A stretch of DNA of 64,000 nt from an uncultured Chthonomonadaceae bacterium (GTDB lineage: Bacteria; Armatimonadota; Chthonomonadetes; Chthonomonadales; Chthonomonadaceae): the NCBI GenBank assembly GCA_963817895.1, contig CAWFQB010000006.1, positions 160,001-224,000 on the forward strand, given 5' to 3'. Shown one piece after another: positions 1 to 9,126 of this stretch. A model generated the notes under the pieces. The model was not told the origin of the DNA. It ran no database searches and worked only from the letters and a program-made list of their open reading frames with translations. The number at the start of each line of letters is the position of its first letter. The stretch's first letter is position 1. Made by a program: the position numbers and the translations under genes.

Positions 1-293
1 CGGCTGTCCGGCAGTTCCGTTTTGGCCCACGCGGGAACGTTTTCCGCAAACACGCGCCCCATAACTTCCCACTGCTTCAGGTCTTTCGAGCGTCGAAACG
101 GAATCCCCGGCCCGGTCGCAAACACATAGTAATACGCCCCGTCCCTGATGATGCACGGATCATGTACAAATCGGGCGGTGTTGTTCGGCGCAGATGAATT
201 GCCCGCGCCGCTTTGCGGAAACGGCGCGGGAACAGGCGCTTGCAACAATGGGAACAGGCAAACCCCAAGCAGAACCGGAAAAGGTTTGTTCAA
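1..293 (-). CDS. GH43 glycoside hydrolase (arabinan endo-1,5-alpha-L-arabinosidase-like), N-terminal part, truncated by the window edge
   Basis: Not in the ORF track. Manual translation from TTG at 293 (AGGAGA RBS upstream) gives MNKPFPVLLGVCLFPLLQ...VHDPCIIRDGAYYYVFATGPGIPFRRSKDLKQWEVMGRVF...PAWAK, i.e. a signal peptide plus the GH43 HDP motif. Confidence 0.8.
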   Translation of the reverse strand, partial: MNKPFPVLLGVCLFPLLQAPVPAPFPQSGAGNSSAPNNTARFVHDPCIIRDGAYYYVFATGPGIPFRRSKDLKQWEVMGRVFAENVPAWAKTELPDS

Positions 294-580
294 GGTTTCG
301 GTTCTCCTACTTTCTTGCGTGGTATGTTTGTGCTTACCACGGCCTGGCAAGCAATCGTAAGCGTATTTAGAATGCGCGAAAAATTGGTATTTCTGTAACG
401 TAGCGGAATAACGGACAAGGGAAGGGCTTTGCCCGTGCGCTTCCCTTTAGCAGCGACAGGACGTAACAACGGGCGTGGACCTGGCCCAGTGGCAATCCAG
501 TGGGTCAGCGAAGTCTCGATATTTCCGTGAGGATGTGCCAGAGTTATAATCACATCTTCTTCTTGAAGTTGGTACGCCAT
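290..580 (-). CDS. hypothetical protein, 96 aa
   Basis: ATG ORF whose stop overlaps the GH43 start (TTGA overlap); no family recognised. Confidence 0.5.
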   Translation of the reverse strand: MAYQLQEEDVIITLAHPHGNIETSLTHWIATGPGPRPLLRPVAAKGKRTGKALPLSVIPLRYRNTNFSRILNTLTIACQAVVSTNIPRKKVGEPKP

Positions 581-634
581 AGAATGTTCTACTATCCCGC
601 GTCAACGTTATTCTAACACGGAGGGTACAATGAG

Positions 635-1045
635 TTACGCGGATGCAGGTGGCATTATAATAATTGTGGGCTTGTTCAGTTCCGAGTCGCTATCAAGCAA
701 ATCTATGATGTGCTGATACTGGCGCGGTTCCTGGTTCCACGCATCTTCCAATTCCTCTACCTGTACAAAGGCTACCTTCGGATGGTTATTCAGAAGGTAC
801 TGCAAATAGTTTCTGTCCGCTTCCTGCGCAGAACCGCGTTTCGCCGGACACAAGAAACCGGAACCTGACCCCGAATTGGCTCCGCCGCCGAACGTCAAGC
901 CTCGTTCCTCGATAGCGTCAACCAGAGCAGACATAAACGCCTGCAACGCCCCACGGTTTTGATGTTCATGGAACTGCCACACAATCAGGAAGCCGAACTC
1001 TTGAAACTCGTCCCGGTGCAGTTTTTTGCGCAGACGCTTGCGCAT
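635..1045 (-). CDS. yggL: YggL family 50S ribosome-binding protein (DUF469)
   Basis: N-terminus MRKRLRKKLHRDEFQEFGF, plus GLTFGGG and C-terminal LEDAW, all typical of YggL. Confidence 0.85.
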   Translation of the reverse strand: MRKRLRKKLHRDEFQEFGFLIVWQFHEHQNRGALQAFMSALVDAIEERGLTFGGGANSGSGSGFLCPAKRGSAQEADRNYLQYLLNNHPKVAFVQVEELEDAWNQEPRQYQHIIDLLDSDSELNKPTIIIMPPASA

Positions 1046-1526
1046 AAGGGATACTCACCAAAAACTTGTCTCAGTCAGCGCGGACTCTGTTGCCACCCGT
1101 CATCTATATCTGCCGCATAAAAGCGATTAAATGTTATTCACAGCCTCGCGCGCGATTTTTCTTTGTTGCGCGCGATTTTTTTGCCTGCGACACTTCTAAA
1201 ATCGCGCCTGAGTGTTAATAGAGGGCGCATGAAAAACAGAGTCAGGATATACGAGAGAACACCGAAGGAGGTGAAAGCAGCTGCCTGTCCACTCCCGTTC
1301 GCCTTAACCACTCGGAGGTCACGACGCCTCTACTTGACAACCGCATATTAGTACAACGGGACATCGTAGCTGAAAGCGCTGCATTGCCACTATTTCGACG
1401 CTGTCTCCCTATATTGCTCCTCTTCCATAAACGCGCCTCCCTCCCCTGGCGCAAGGAAGCGCGTTTGCTTCGCTTTAACGCGCTAATATGAATGCGCGGC
1501 AAGGAGAGGGCCGGGGTGAGGTAAAA

Positions 1527-3626
1527 TTAACCCTCCTCACTCGCGTACTGGTCTTTGAGGCTGGCGAAACTGTTGGGATCGGCGAGCGTGGTGACGTCGC
1601 CCGGGACGCGGCCTTCGACAACGTCGCGCAGCAATGTTCGCATGATTTTGCCGCTGCGGGTTTTGGGCAGTTCGGGAATTATAATTACGTCGTCGGGGCG
1701 GAAGATGGCGCCGAGTTTCATGGCGACAAACGCTTTCAGTTCGCTGCTCAGGGCTTTAAGAGCGGCTTTATCGTCTTTGTCGGGCGCGCGTCCTTCGCGG
1801 ATGATGACGAACGCGATTGGGACTTGTCCCTTGACCTCGTGCGTTTTGCCGACAAATCCTGATTCCGCCACAGCCGGATGCTCCACAAGCGCGCTTTCCA
1901 ATTCCATCGTGCTGATGTTGTGACCGGCGACGATGATAATGTCGTCTACCCGTCCCAACAGCCAGAAATTGCCGTCCACATCCCGCATCGCGCCGTCGCT
2001 TGGGAAATACAGGCCGGGAAACGCGCTCCAGTACACCTGTTTGTACCGCTCATCGTTGCCCCACAGCGTTCGCAGCATGGAGGGCCAGGGCTTGCGAATG
2101 ACCAGAATCCCCTTTTTCCCATCGGGAACCGGATTGCCCTTCTCGTCCACCACATCCGCCACAATGCCGGGGAACGGGCGAGTCGCGCTGCCGGGCTGCG
2201 TTGTGGTCAGGCCAGGCAGGGGCGTTATCAGTATCGCGCCCGTTTCCGTCTGCCACCACGTATCCACAATCGGGCAGTTGCCATTCCCGATATGTTCGTG
2301 ATACCACAGCCACGCTTCCGGGTTGATGGGTTCGCCCACGCTGCCCAATAATCGTAAACTCGACAGGTCATGCGCGCGCGGAAACTCATCCCCCCACTGC
2401 ATACACGACCGTATCAGCGTCGGCGCGGTGTACAGAATGGTAATCTTATGCCGCTCAATCATATCCCATAAACGCCCGTTATCAGGCAGGGATGAGGGAT
2501 GAGGGATGAGGGATGAGGCAGGATTATTTTCATCCCTCATCCCTCCGCCCTCATCCCTGCCTTGATCCGGCGCCCCTTCGTACATGAAGACGGTGGCGGC
2601 GTTGGAAAGAGGGCCGTACACGACGTAGGAGTGGCCGGTGATCCAACCGATGTCAGCCGTACACCAGTACAGGTCAGTGTCTTTGATGTCGAAGACCCAT
2701 TTGAAGGTGGTGTAGGCTCCGGTGAGATAGCCGCCCGTTGTGTGCAGGATGCCTTTGGGTTTGCCGGTGCTGCCGGATGTGTAGAGGATGAACAGCGGGT
2801 CTTCCCCATTCATGGGTTCGGGCGGGCAGTCGGGGGAAGCGTTAGCCATCAGGTCATGCCACCACAGATCGCGTCCGGGCTGCATGGTAATATTAGCCTG
2901 TTCGCCGATACGTTTTAAGACAATCACGTTTTCAACGGTGGGGCAACCCTCCGCCGCTTCATCTGTTGTCTGCTTGAGTGGCGCGATATTGCCATTGCCA
3001 TCATCGTCATCGGCAGCGATATGCAGCGCTTTATCAATTGTCTGTTTGAGCGGCACGATCTTGCCCCTGCGCCAGAAACCGTCCGCCGTGATAATGAGTT
3101 TGGAACCGCACTCAACAGTACGGTCTCGCAGGGCTTCGGCGGAAAAGCCGCCGAACACGACGGAATGGGGCGCGCCGATACGGGTACAGGCCAGCATCGC
3201 AATCGCAGCTTCGGGAACCATCGGCATGTACAGCATCACGCGGTCGCCCTTTTGCACATTCAGGCTTTTCAGAACATTGGCGAATTTGTTCACCTCCCGC
3301 GACAGTTCGGCAAACGTGAGCGTTCGGATGTCGCCGGGTTCGCCCTCCCATACGATAGCGCGTTTGTCGCCCCGCGTTTGCAAATGCCGATCCACGCAGT
3401 TCGCGCTGACATTCAGTTGCCCGTCGGCAAACCAGCGGGCATGGGGCGGGTTCCATTCCAGAACGGTTTGAAACGGCGTTGTCCAGGTCAGTTCGCGGGC
3501 GCAGTCGGCCCAGAACGCCTCCGTATCCGCATTGGCTTTGGCGTAAATATCGGGATTGTTGGCGTTGGCCTGCCGCGCGAAATCAGCGGGCGGCGGAAAG
3601 GTTTGCGGCGTTGCATTGGTGGTCAC
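1527..3626 (-). CDS. acs: acetate--CoA ligase (AMP-forming acetyl-CoA synthetase) with two in-frame insertions
   Basis: Motifs [20 protein letters not shown] and [11 protein letters not shown]. Confidence 0.95.
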   Translation of the reverse strand: MTTNATPQTFPPPADFARQANANNPDIYAKANADTEAFWADCARELTWTTPFQTVLEWNPPHARWFADGQLNVSANCVDRHLQTRGDKRAIVWEGEPGDIRTLTFAELSREVNKFANVLKSLNVQKGDRVMLYMPMVPEAAIAMLACTRIGAPHSVVFGGFSAEALRDRTVECGSKLIITADGFWRRGKIVPLKQTIDKALHIAADDDDGNGNIAPLKQTTDEAAEGCPTVENVIVLKRIGEQANITMQPGRDLWWHDLMANASPDCPPEPMNGEDPLFILYTSGSTGKPKGILHTTGGYLTGAYTTFKWVFDIKDTDLYWCTADIGWITGHSYVVYGPLSNAATVFMYEGAPDQGRDEGGGMRDENNPASSLIPHPSSLPDNGRLWDMIERHKITILYTAPTLIRSCMQWGDEFPRAHDLSSLRLLGSVGEPINPEAWLWYHEHIGNGNCPIVDTWWQTETGAILITPLPGLTTTQPGSATRPFPGIVADVVDEKGNPVPDGKKGILVIRKPWPSMLRTLWGNDERYKQVYWSAFPGLYFPSDGAMRDVDGNFWLLGRVDDIIIVAGHNISTMELESALVEHPAVAESGFVGKTHEVKGQVPIAFVIIREGRAPDKDDKAALKALSSELKAFVAMKLGAIFRPDDVIIIPELPKTRSGKIMRTLLRDVVEGRVPGDVTTLADPNSFASLKDQYASEEG
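2481..2566. repeat. heptamer-repeat palindrome, (GGGATGA)n...(TCATCCC)n, inside acs
   Basis: Arms atcaggcagggatgaggg and ccctcatccctgccttgat; translated as [26 protein letters not shown]. Confidence 0.9.
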
Positions 3627-3784
3627 GGTTCGGTTACTCCTTGCGAAATACAGGGTTGTTGCGTGTGTTGTTCGACGAACACGCCCTTCATTCCTTCCAC
3701 GCCTTCACCGGCGCAGCGCAATAAAATGTTAAAAATATTCCTTGCGAATACAGGGATTCACGCGGCGCAGGGAGAATACGACGA

Positions 3785-4066
3785 GTGTGCTTTTTTCTCA
3801 ACGCCGCTTCGGGCGGCATACCGTTTCTGGAAGGAGACCGATATGACTCGCATTCTTCGTTCTTCCGCGCCGAGTCCCGCAACCTGCGCGGCGCGATGCT
3901 TCTTCTCATGGGCTGCCTGCTGGCGGGATTGCTGGCCGGCTGCGGCGGCGGTTCAAGCGCCGTCAGCGCCAACAGCAAGGGCGTGATTTATGGCGACAAC
4001 AGAGCCGCCAACACCGGCGCTGCTCCCGCGGATAAGACGACGCGCGGACTTGTCGTGGCCGAGTAG
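3785..4066 (+). CDS. small putative lipoprotein (start uncertain)
   Basis: Hydrophobic stretch ending in the lipobox LLAGC followed by GGGSS. Confidence 0.55.
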   Translation: MCFFLNAASGGIPFLEGDRYDSHSSFFRAESRNLRGAMLLLMGCLLAGLLAGCGGGSSAVSANSKGVIYGDNRAANTGAAPADKTTRGLVVAE

Positions 4067-4262
4067 CCCTCACCGGGCGTCCGCCTGTGAACACGCCCCT
4101 CTCCCAAAAGCGAATTTCAAAGCGATACAGAAGTCCACTTTTGAGGAGAGGGGATGCCAATACTACGCAGGAATGGGCGGATACAATACGGGCTAACTTA
4201 TTGCGCCGCACAACGCGGATTTGTATAGATTTACCTGGCAGAGCGGCGGGCAGGCGAAAATG

Positions 4263-4315
4263 CTGTGAAAATTTTCACAGGACGCTTGTTAAATTCGCCA
4301 CATTAGGGTTATAAT
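4263..4315 (+). promoter_or_regulatory. palindromic operator (CRP/FNR- or Rex-like) plus sigma70-type promoter
   Basis: Perfect palindrome CTGTGAAAATTTTCACAG at 4263-4280; TTGTTA at 4286, 18-nt spacer, TATAAT at 4310. Confidence 0.6.
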
Positions 4316-4330
4316 AGAGTCCTGTAAGTA

Positions 4331-4487
4331 TTCCGGCCTACGTTTGCCGGAAGAGTTGAGTCTGCTGTAACGGTTTTTGCCCCTGATGGTGGAAGCTAGT
4401 AGGCTATAGCGCCGCACGGAGGGATCGAGGACGATCCCGCTTCAAGGTAGAAGCGAACACTCGCGGCGACCCGAAATGATCTACTAG
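4331..4487 (+). ncRNA. candidate structured 5' leader RNA
   Basis: Nested stems ctagtag/ctactag, cgccgc/gcggcg, gggatcg/cgatccc and gcttc/gaagc, plus upstream hairpin ttccggc/gccggaa. Confidence 0.4.
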
Positions 4488-4490
4488 AAA

Positions 4491-5250
4491 GTGAGGCAAA
4501 AACGAACATTGCTTATTTCCAATACCCGGCGTAAAAACGCCTCTTTGCTTTGCGTCCTCAGCGCCCTTGTTTGCGCGTCCGCCACGCTTCCCCTGCTTGT
4601 ACGCGCGGACCAGAAATCCAAAACACACTCCCACAAGTCCCAACCCACCCCCGCCGCGAAACCAAGCCCTGCTGCCACGCCTGTAGATCGCAGTGGAACG
4701 GTAGATCGCAGTGGCGGTATAGACCGCAGCGGCATGGTGGATCGGGGTACGGGCAGCGCCCTCGCGTCACGCGGCATGAACATCACCCGCACCGCGCAGC
4801 AGTTCAAAGGGCTTCCCTATGTATGGGGTGGCACATCGCCTAAACACGGTTTCGACTGTTCCGGCCTGGTGCAGTACGTTTACGCCAAATGGGGCATCTA
4901 TCTGCCGCGCTGCGCCAGCGAACAGGTCAATAAAGGCGTTGCGGTCTCGAAAAGCGAACTTCAGGCGGGCGATCTGGTTTTCTTCAAGAACACCTACAAG
5001 CGCGGCCTGTCGCACGTCGGCATTTTCATTGGCGACGGCTGGTTTATCCATGCTGCCAGTGAGCGCACCGGAGTTATTTTGAGCCGTCTGGACGAAGGGT
5101 ACCACAAAAACCACTGGTACGGCGCGGCGCCGCCTCGATCTATCCAAACTGCCGCCCGTTGCCGGTGAAGAGCAGCAGGTATCCCGCGTAATTCTGGAAG
5201 AACCCACTATTGGCGACCCTCTGCCATCCCCGGAACCCTCGGCGCAATAA
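4491..5250 (+). CDS. NlpC/P60 (C40) peptidase, secreted; frameshift near 5125
   Basis: Signal peptide; motifs YVWGG, GFDCSGLV, AGDLVFF, HVGIFIG and FIHA. The corrected C-terminus GARRLDLSKLPP...SAQ ends near 5250. Confidence 0.9.
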
Positions 5251-5285
5251 AAACCACCGGTATCTTATCGGTAAGAGTAGTGTTG

Positions 5286-5317
5286 AAGCGGCCTTTGTAC
5301 ATGTACAAAGGCCGCTT
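5286..5317. terminator. 32-bp perfect palindrome, probable terminator
   Basis: aagcggcctttgtaca|tgtacaaaggccgctt lies just after the NlpC/P60 gene. Confidence 0.7.
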
Positions 5318-6079
5318 TAACTCTGCCAATGGTTATAAAAAGTAACACTTTACTTTGGATTTAAAATGTTGTATACTGCTGTAGAAGAATTACCGGGTAG
5401 ACATGTGATACCCCCTCCATTTCTGCGCGCATGTTGCCGATAATTCTTAAGGGACTCCGTTTGTACTCCACGCCCTGCCGCGCGTATATTCTCCCCTTTC
5501 TCTTTTCCGGTCCTGATCTCCGGTGAAATCGGTTTGCGCCTGTTCACGCCAACAGCGTTTACCGGTTTGCTTTGCCCTGCGTGTCGAGCCACTCCGATGT
5601 TGTGAGATGGCGGCGCGGTTTGTGTTCGCTGACGCCTGTCCTGTCGCATCGTCCCCGTTTGGTGTTCCAATTGCAGCCCTGCCACGCCCGCGTTGTTCCT
5701 GTTGTTTCCGTCCGCAGACATGCCCTTGCTGTCGCGGCAAACCAGGCGGTGTGTGCTGACCCTCCTCATGCCATCTCTTCTTCTCTTCCCGGCATCCGCT
5801 GTAATTCCTTCGCGCGGCGCTTCAACCGCTGTTTCCTCATGGAAGCGCCCCGCGCCTTGCCAGAACCGGCAAGATTACATTCCCAATTGTTTCTCCAAAT
5901 CTGGAAAGTAACTTATTGGGAAAAGCGCGTTTGCGGCGCAGGGTTTCTCCACATCGGGTTCCTCATCATCAAGAGTGGGAGGGGAACCAGAAGATGTGGC
6001 CTGTTTACGGCAGACAACTGTCGGCAGCCCCTGTCGCCGCGTAGTAGCGCGCTCCCACTCGTGTAAGAAGGAGCAGGAT

Positions 6080-9000
6080 ATGCGACGTCGTTCGTCGTTT
6101 GTAACATACTTGAGCGCGGCACTTGGCCTTACCGCCCTGAACTGCGCGCCCACCGCGCGGGCGCAGGATACGCAGCAGGTCTATACCGATACGCTGGGAG
6201 CCGGCTGGCAAAGCTGGTCGTGGTGCGTGACCGACTTTGCTTCCCACGACTACGCCCACAGCGGAACCTCCAGCATCAAAGCCACCATCACCGCAGCCTA
6301 TCAGGGGCTGTATCTGCATTGCGACAACCTTGCCGGTTCGCAGTATTCCACCATCACCTTCTGGATACACGGCGGAAACACTAACGGGCGCAGCCTGCAA
6401 ATTTCAGGCATCATCAACAACAACTATGTCGGCAACATTTCGCTCAACCCGTTCATTGCGGGCGGCAGTGTGGCGGCGGGGCAGTGGCGGCTCGTGACCG
6501 TTCCGCTGTCCGCGCTCGGACTTGCCGGCACGTCCGCCATGAACGGCTTCTGGATTGCCGACACGGGAACCAACGGGCAGCCCGCCTTCTATGTGGACGA
6601 TGTCGCGCTCAACGCCAGGCCCGTCAACAACGGGCCGGTCGCCATCAAGGTGGACGCCGCCGCCAATCGCCATGCCATCAATCCGCAGATTTACGGCAGC
6701 GCGTTTGCCGGACAGGATATGCTCACTGATCTCAACATCACACTCAACCGACAGGGCGGCAACACGGCTTCCACCTACAACTGGCAGCAGAACGCTTCCA
6801 ACCATGCCAGCGACTGGTACTTTGAGAGCATGCTCGAAGGCAACGCCGTACCCGGCGATAGCGTGAACGGCTTGATTATTCCCACACTCGCCGCGCATGC
6901 GCAGGCCATGATTACCATTCCCACCCTGGGCTGGGTCGCCAAACTGGGAGCCAACGGCAGCAAACTGTCGAGTTTTTCCGCGAAAAAGTACGGCGCGCAA
7001 CAGTATTATGATGGCTGGATGCCCGATGCGGGCAATGGCGTCAAGTCCAATGGACAGAACGTCGCGGGCAACGATCCCAACGACGCCAATGTCGCCGCCG
7101 ACTCCACCTTTCAGCAGAACTGGGTCAAGTACCTCACCGGGCGGTACGGCACGGCGGCTAAAGGCGGCGTGTCTTATTACCTGCTGGACAATGAGCCGAG
7201 CATCTGGCACTACACGCACCGCGATGTTCATCCCACCGGCGCCACTATGGACGAGATTAAGAACAAAATCGTAGATTACGCGGCCAAAATCAAAGCGGTG
7301 GATCCGGGCGCGCAGATCGTCGGCCCGGAAGAGTGGGGCTGGAGCGGTTATTTCTATAGCGGCTATGACCAGCAGTACGGCAACGCGCATGGCTGGGGCT
7401 ATCTGCCCGACCGCGCCAATCATGGGGGCATGGACTACCTGCCCTGGCTGCTGTCTTCGCTGAAAAGCTACGATACGGCCAACAGAACGAAGTCGCTGGA
7501 TGTGTTCAGCCTGCACTACTACCCGCAGGGCGGCGAGTTCAGCAGCGATGTCTCGACGGGAACGCAATTGCTGCGCAACCGCAGCACCCGCAGCCTGTGG
7601 GACCCGAACTACGTGGATGAGACGTGGATCGGTACGCAGGTGCAGCTGATCCCGCGCATGAAGAGTTGGGTCAACTCCTACTATCCGGGCTTGAAGACGG
7701 CCATCACGGAGTACAACTGGGGCGCGGAGGGCAGTATCAACGGCGCTACCGCGCAGGCCGACATTCTGGGCATCTTCGGGCGCGAAGGGCTGGACATGGC
7801 GGCGCGATGGGCTACGCCCGACCCGTCTACGCCCACCTACAAGGCCATGAAGATGTTCACGCAACGTGGACGGCAGCAATACCGGCTTTGGCGATACCAG
7901 CGTCAGCGATACGGTTCCCGACCCGGACAATGTGAGCAGTTTCGCTTCGATTCGCAGCAGCGACGGCGCGCTCACCATCCTGCTCATCAACAAGGCTCTG
8001 AGCGGTACGCCAACGGCCAATATCAGCCTTGCCAACTTCACGCCCGCCGCCACCGCGCAGGCCTGGCAGTTGACATCGGCCAACACCATCACGCCGCTCG
8101 GCAAGGTGAATGTCGCCAACAACGCCGTTACGCTGGCTCTGCCCGCGCAGAGCGTCACGCTGTTGACGATTCCGAATAAATCGCAGCCGGCACAAAGCGT
8201 GTCGGCGTATCGTATCAACTGCGGCGGTTCTGCCGCAGGCGTGTTTGCCTCCGACCAGTACTACACGACGACGGGACTGACGTACAGCACGACGACCACA
8301 ATGGACACGAGCAGGGTGAGCAACCCGGCTCCGCAAGTCTGCTACCAGAGCGAACGCTTTACCACGTCCGGTGGCCCACTCACCTACGCCGTGCCGAACT
8401 TGACCCCCGGCAGCAGCTACACGGTTCGCCTGCACTTTGCCGAAGTGTGGTGGACAGCGGCAAACCAGCGCGTGATGAACATCAGCATCAACGGCAACGC
8501 CGTCCAGAACAACTTCGACCTCGTGGCCGAAGCCGGAGGACGCTACAAAGCGCTCGTCAAGGAGTTTACCGCCGCTGCCGACAGTAGCGGAACCATGACC
8601 ATCAGCCTGGGCAGAGTGCAGGGGAATCCCGCCCTCAACGCCCTGGAAATAGTTCGCAAGGTTTCTCAACCCGTCCGAACCAACTGTGGCGGGGCCGCTT
8701 CCGCCACATTCTCGGCGGATCAGTACTACACGACGACGGGACTGACGTACAGCACGACGACCACAATGGACACGAGCAGGGTGAGCAACCCGGCTCCGCA
8801 AGTCTGCTACCAGAGCGAACGCTTTACCACGTCCGGTGGCCCACTCACCTACGCCGTGCCGAACTTGACCCCCGGCAGCAGCTACACGGTTCGCCTGCAC
8901 TTTGCCGAAGTGTGGTGGACAGCGGCAAACCAGCGCGTGATGAACATCAGCATCAACGGCAACGCCGTCCAGAACAACTTCGACCTCGTGGCCGAAGCCG

Positions 9001-9126
9001 GAGGACGCTACAAAGCGCTCGTCAAGGAGTTTACCGCTACTGCGGACAGCAGCGGCAAGATCACGGTATCGCTGGGCAGAGTGCAGGGAGAATCCCGCCC
9101 TCAACGCCCTGGAACTTGTGCCTTAA
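6080..9126 (+). CDS. secreted GH44 endoglucanase/xyloglucanase with an N-terminal CBM-like domain and two C-terminal malectin-like domains; frameshifts near 7858 and 9088
   Basis: Motifs YYLLDNEPSIWHYTHRDVHP, GPEEWGW, LHYYPQ, RNRSTRSLWDP and AITEYNWG; malectin repeats YTVRLHFAE...RVMNISING in ORF 7866..9182. Confidence 0.9.

Noticed and set aside
1147..1208. Repeated gcgcgcgattttt motif with a partial inverted copy
   Set aside because: Too short and without context to assign; it could be an operator or chance.
1235..1300. Glycine-riboswitch-like words (GAGAGA...CACCGAAGGAG)
   Set aside because: There is no P2 stem, no CTCTCAGG element and no downstream gene on that strand.
4381..4480. Hammerhead ribozyme (ctgatg...gaaa)
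   Set aside because: The core is CTGATGG rather than CTGANGA and the stems do not fit the hammerhead topology.
4683..4750. 18-nt tandem repeats (VDRSG)n in the NlpC/P60 gene
   Set aside because: An ordinary low-complexity linker; no evidence of a separate element.
5733..5762. c-di-GMP-I riboswitch (GGCAAACC)
   Set aside because: The following GNRA hairpin and GACGCAAAG elements are missing.
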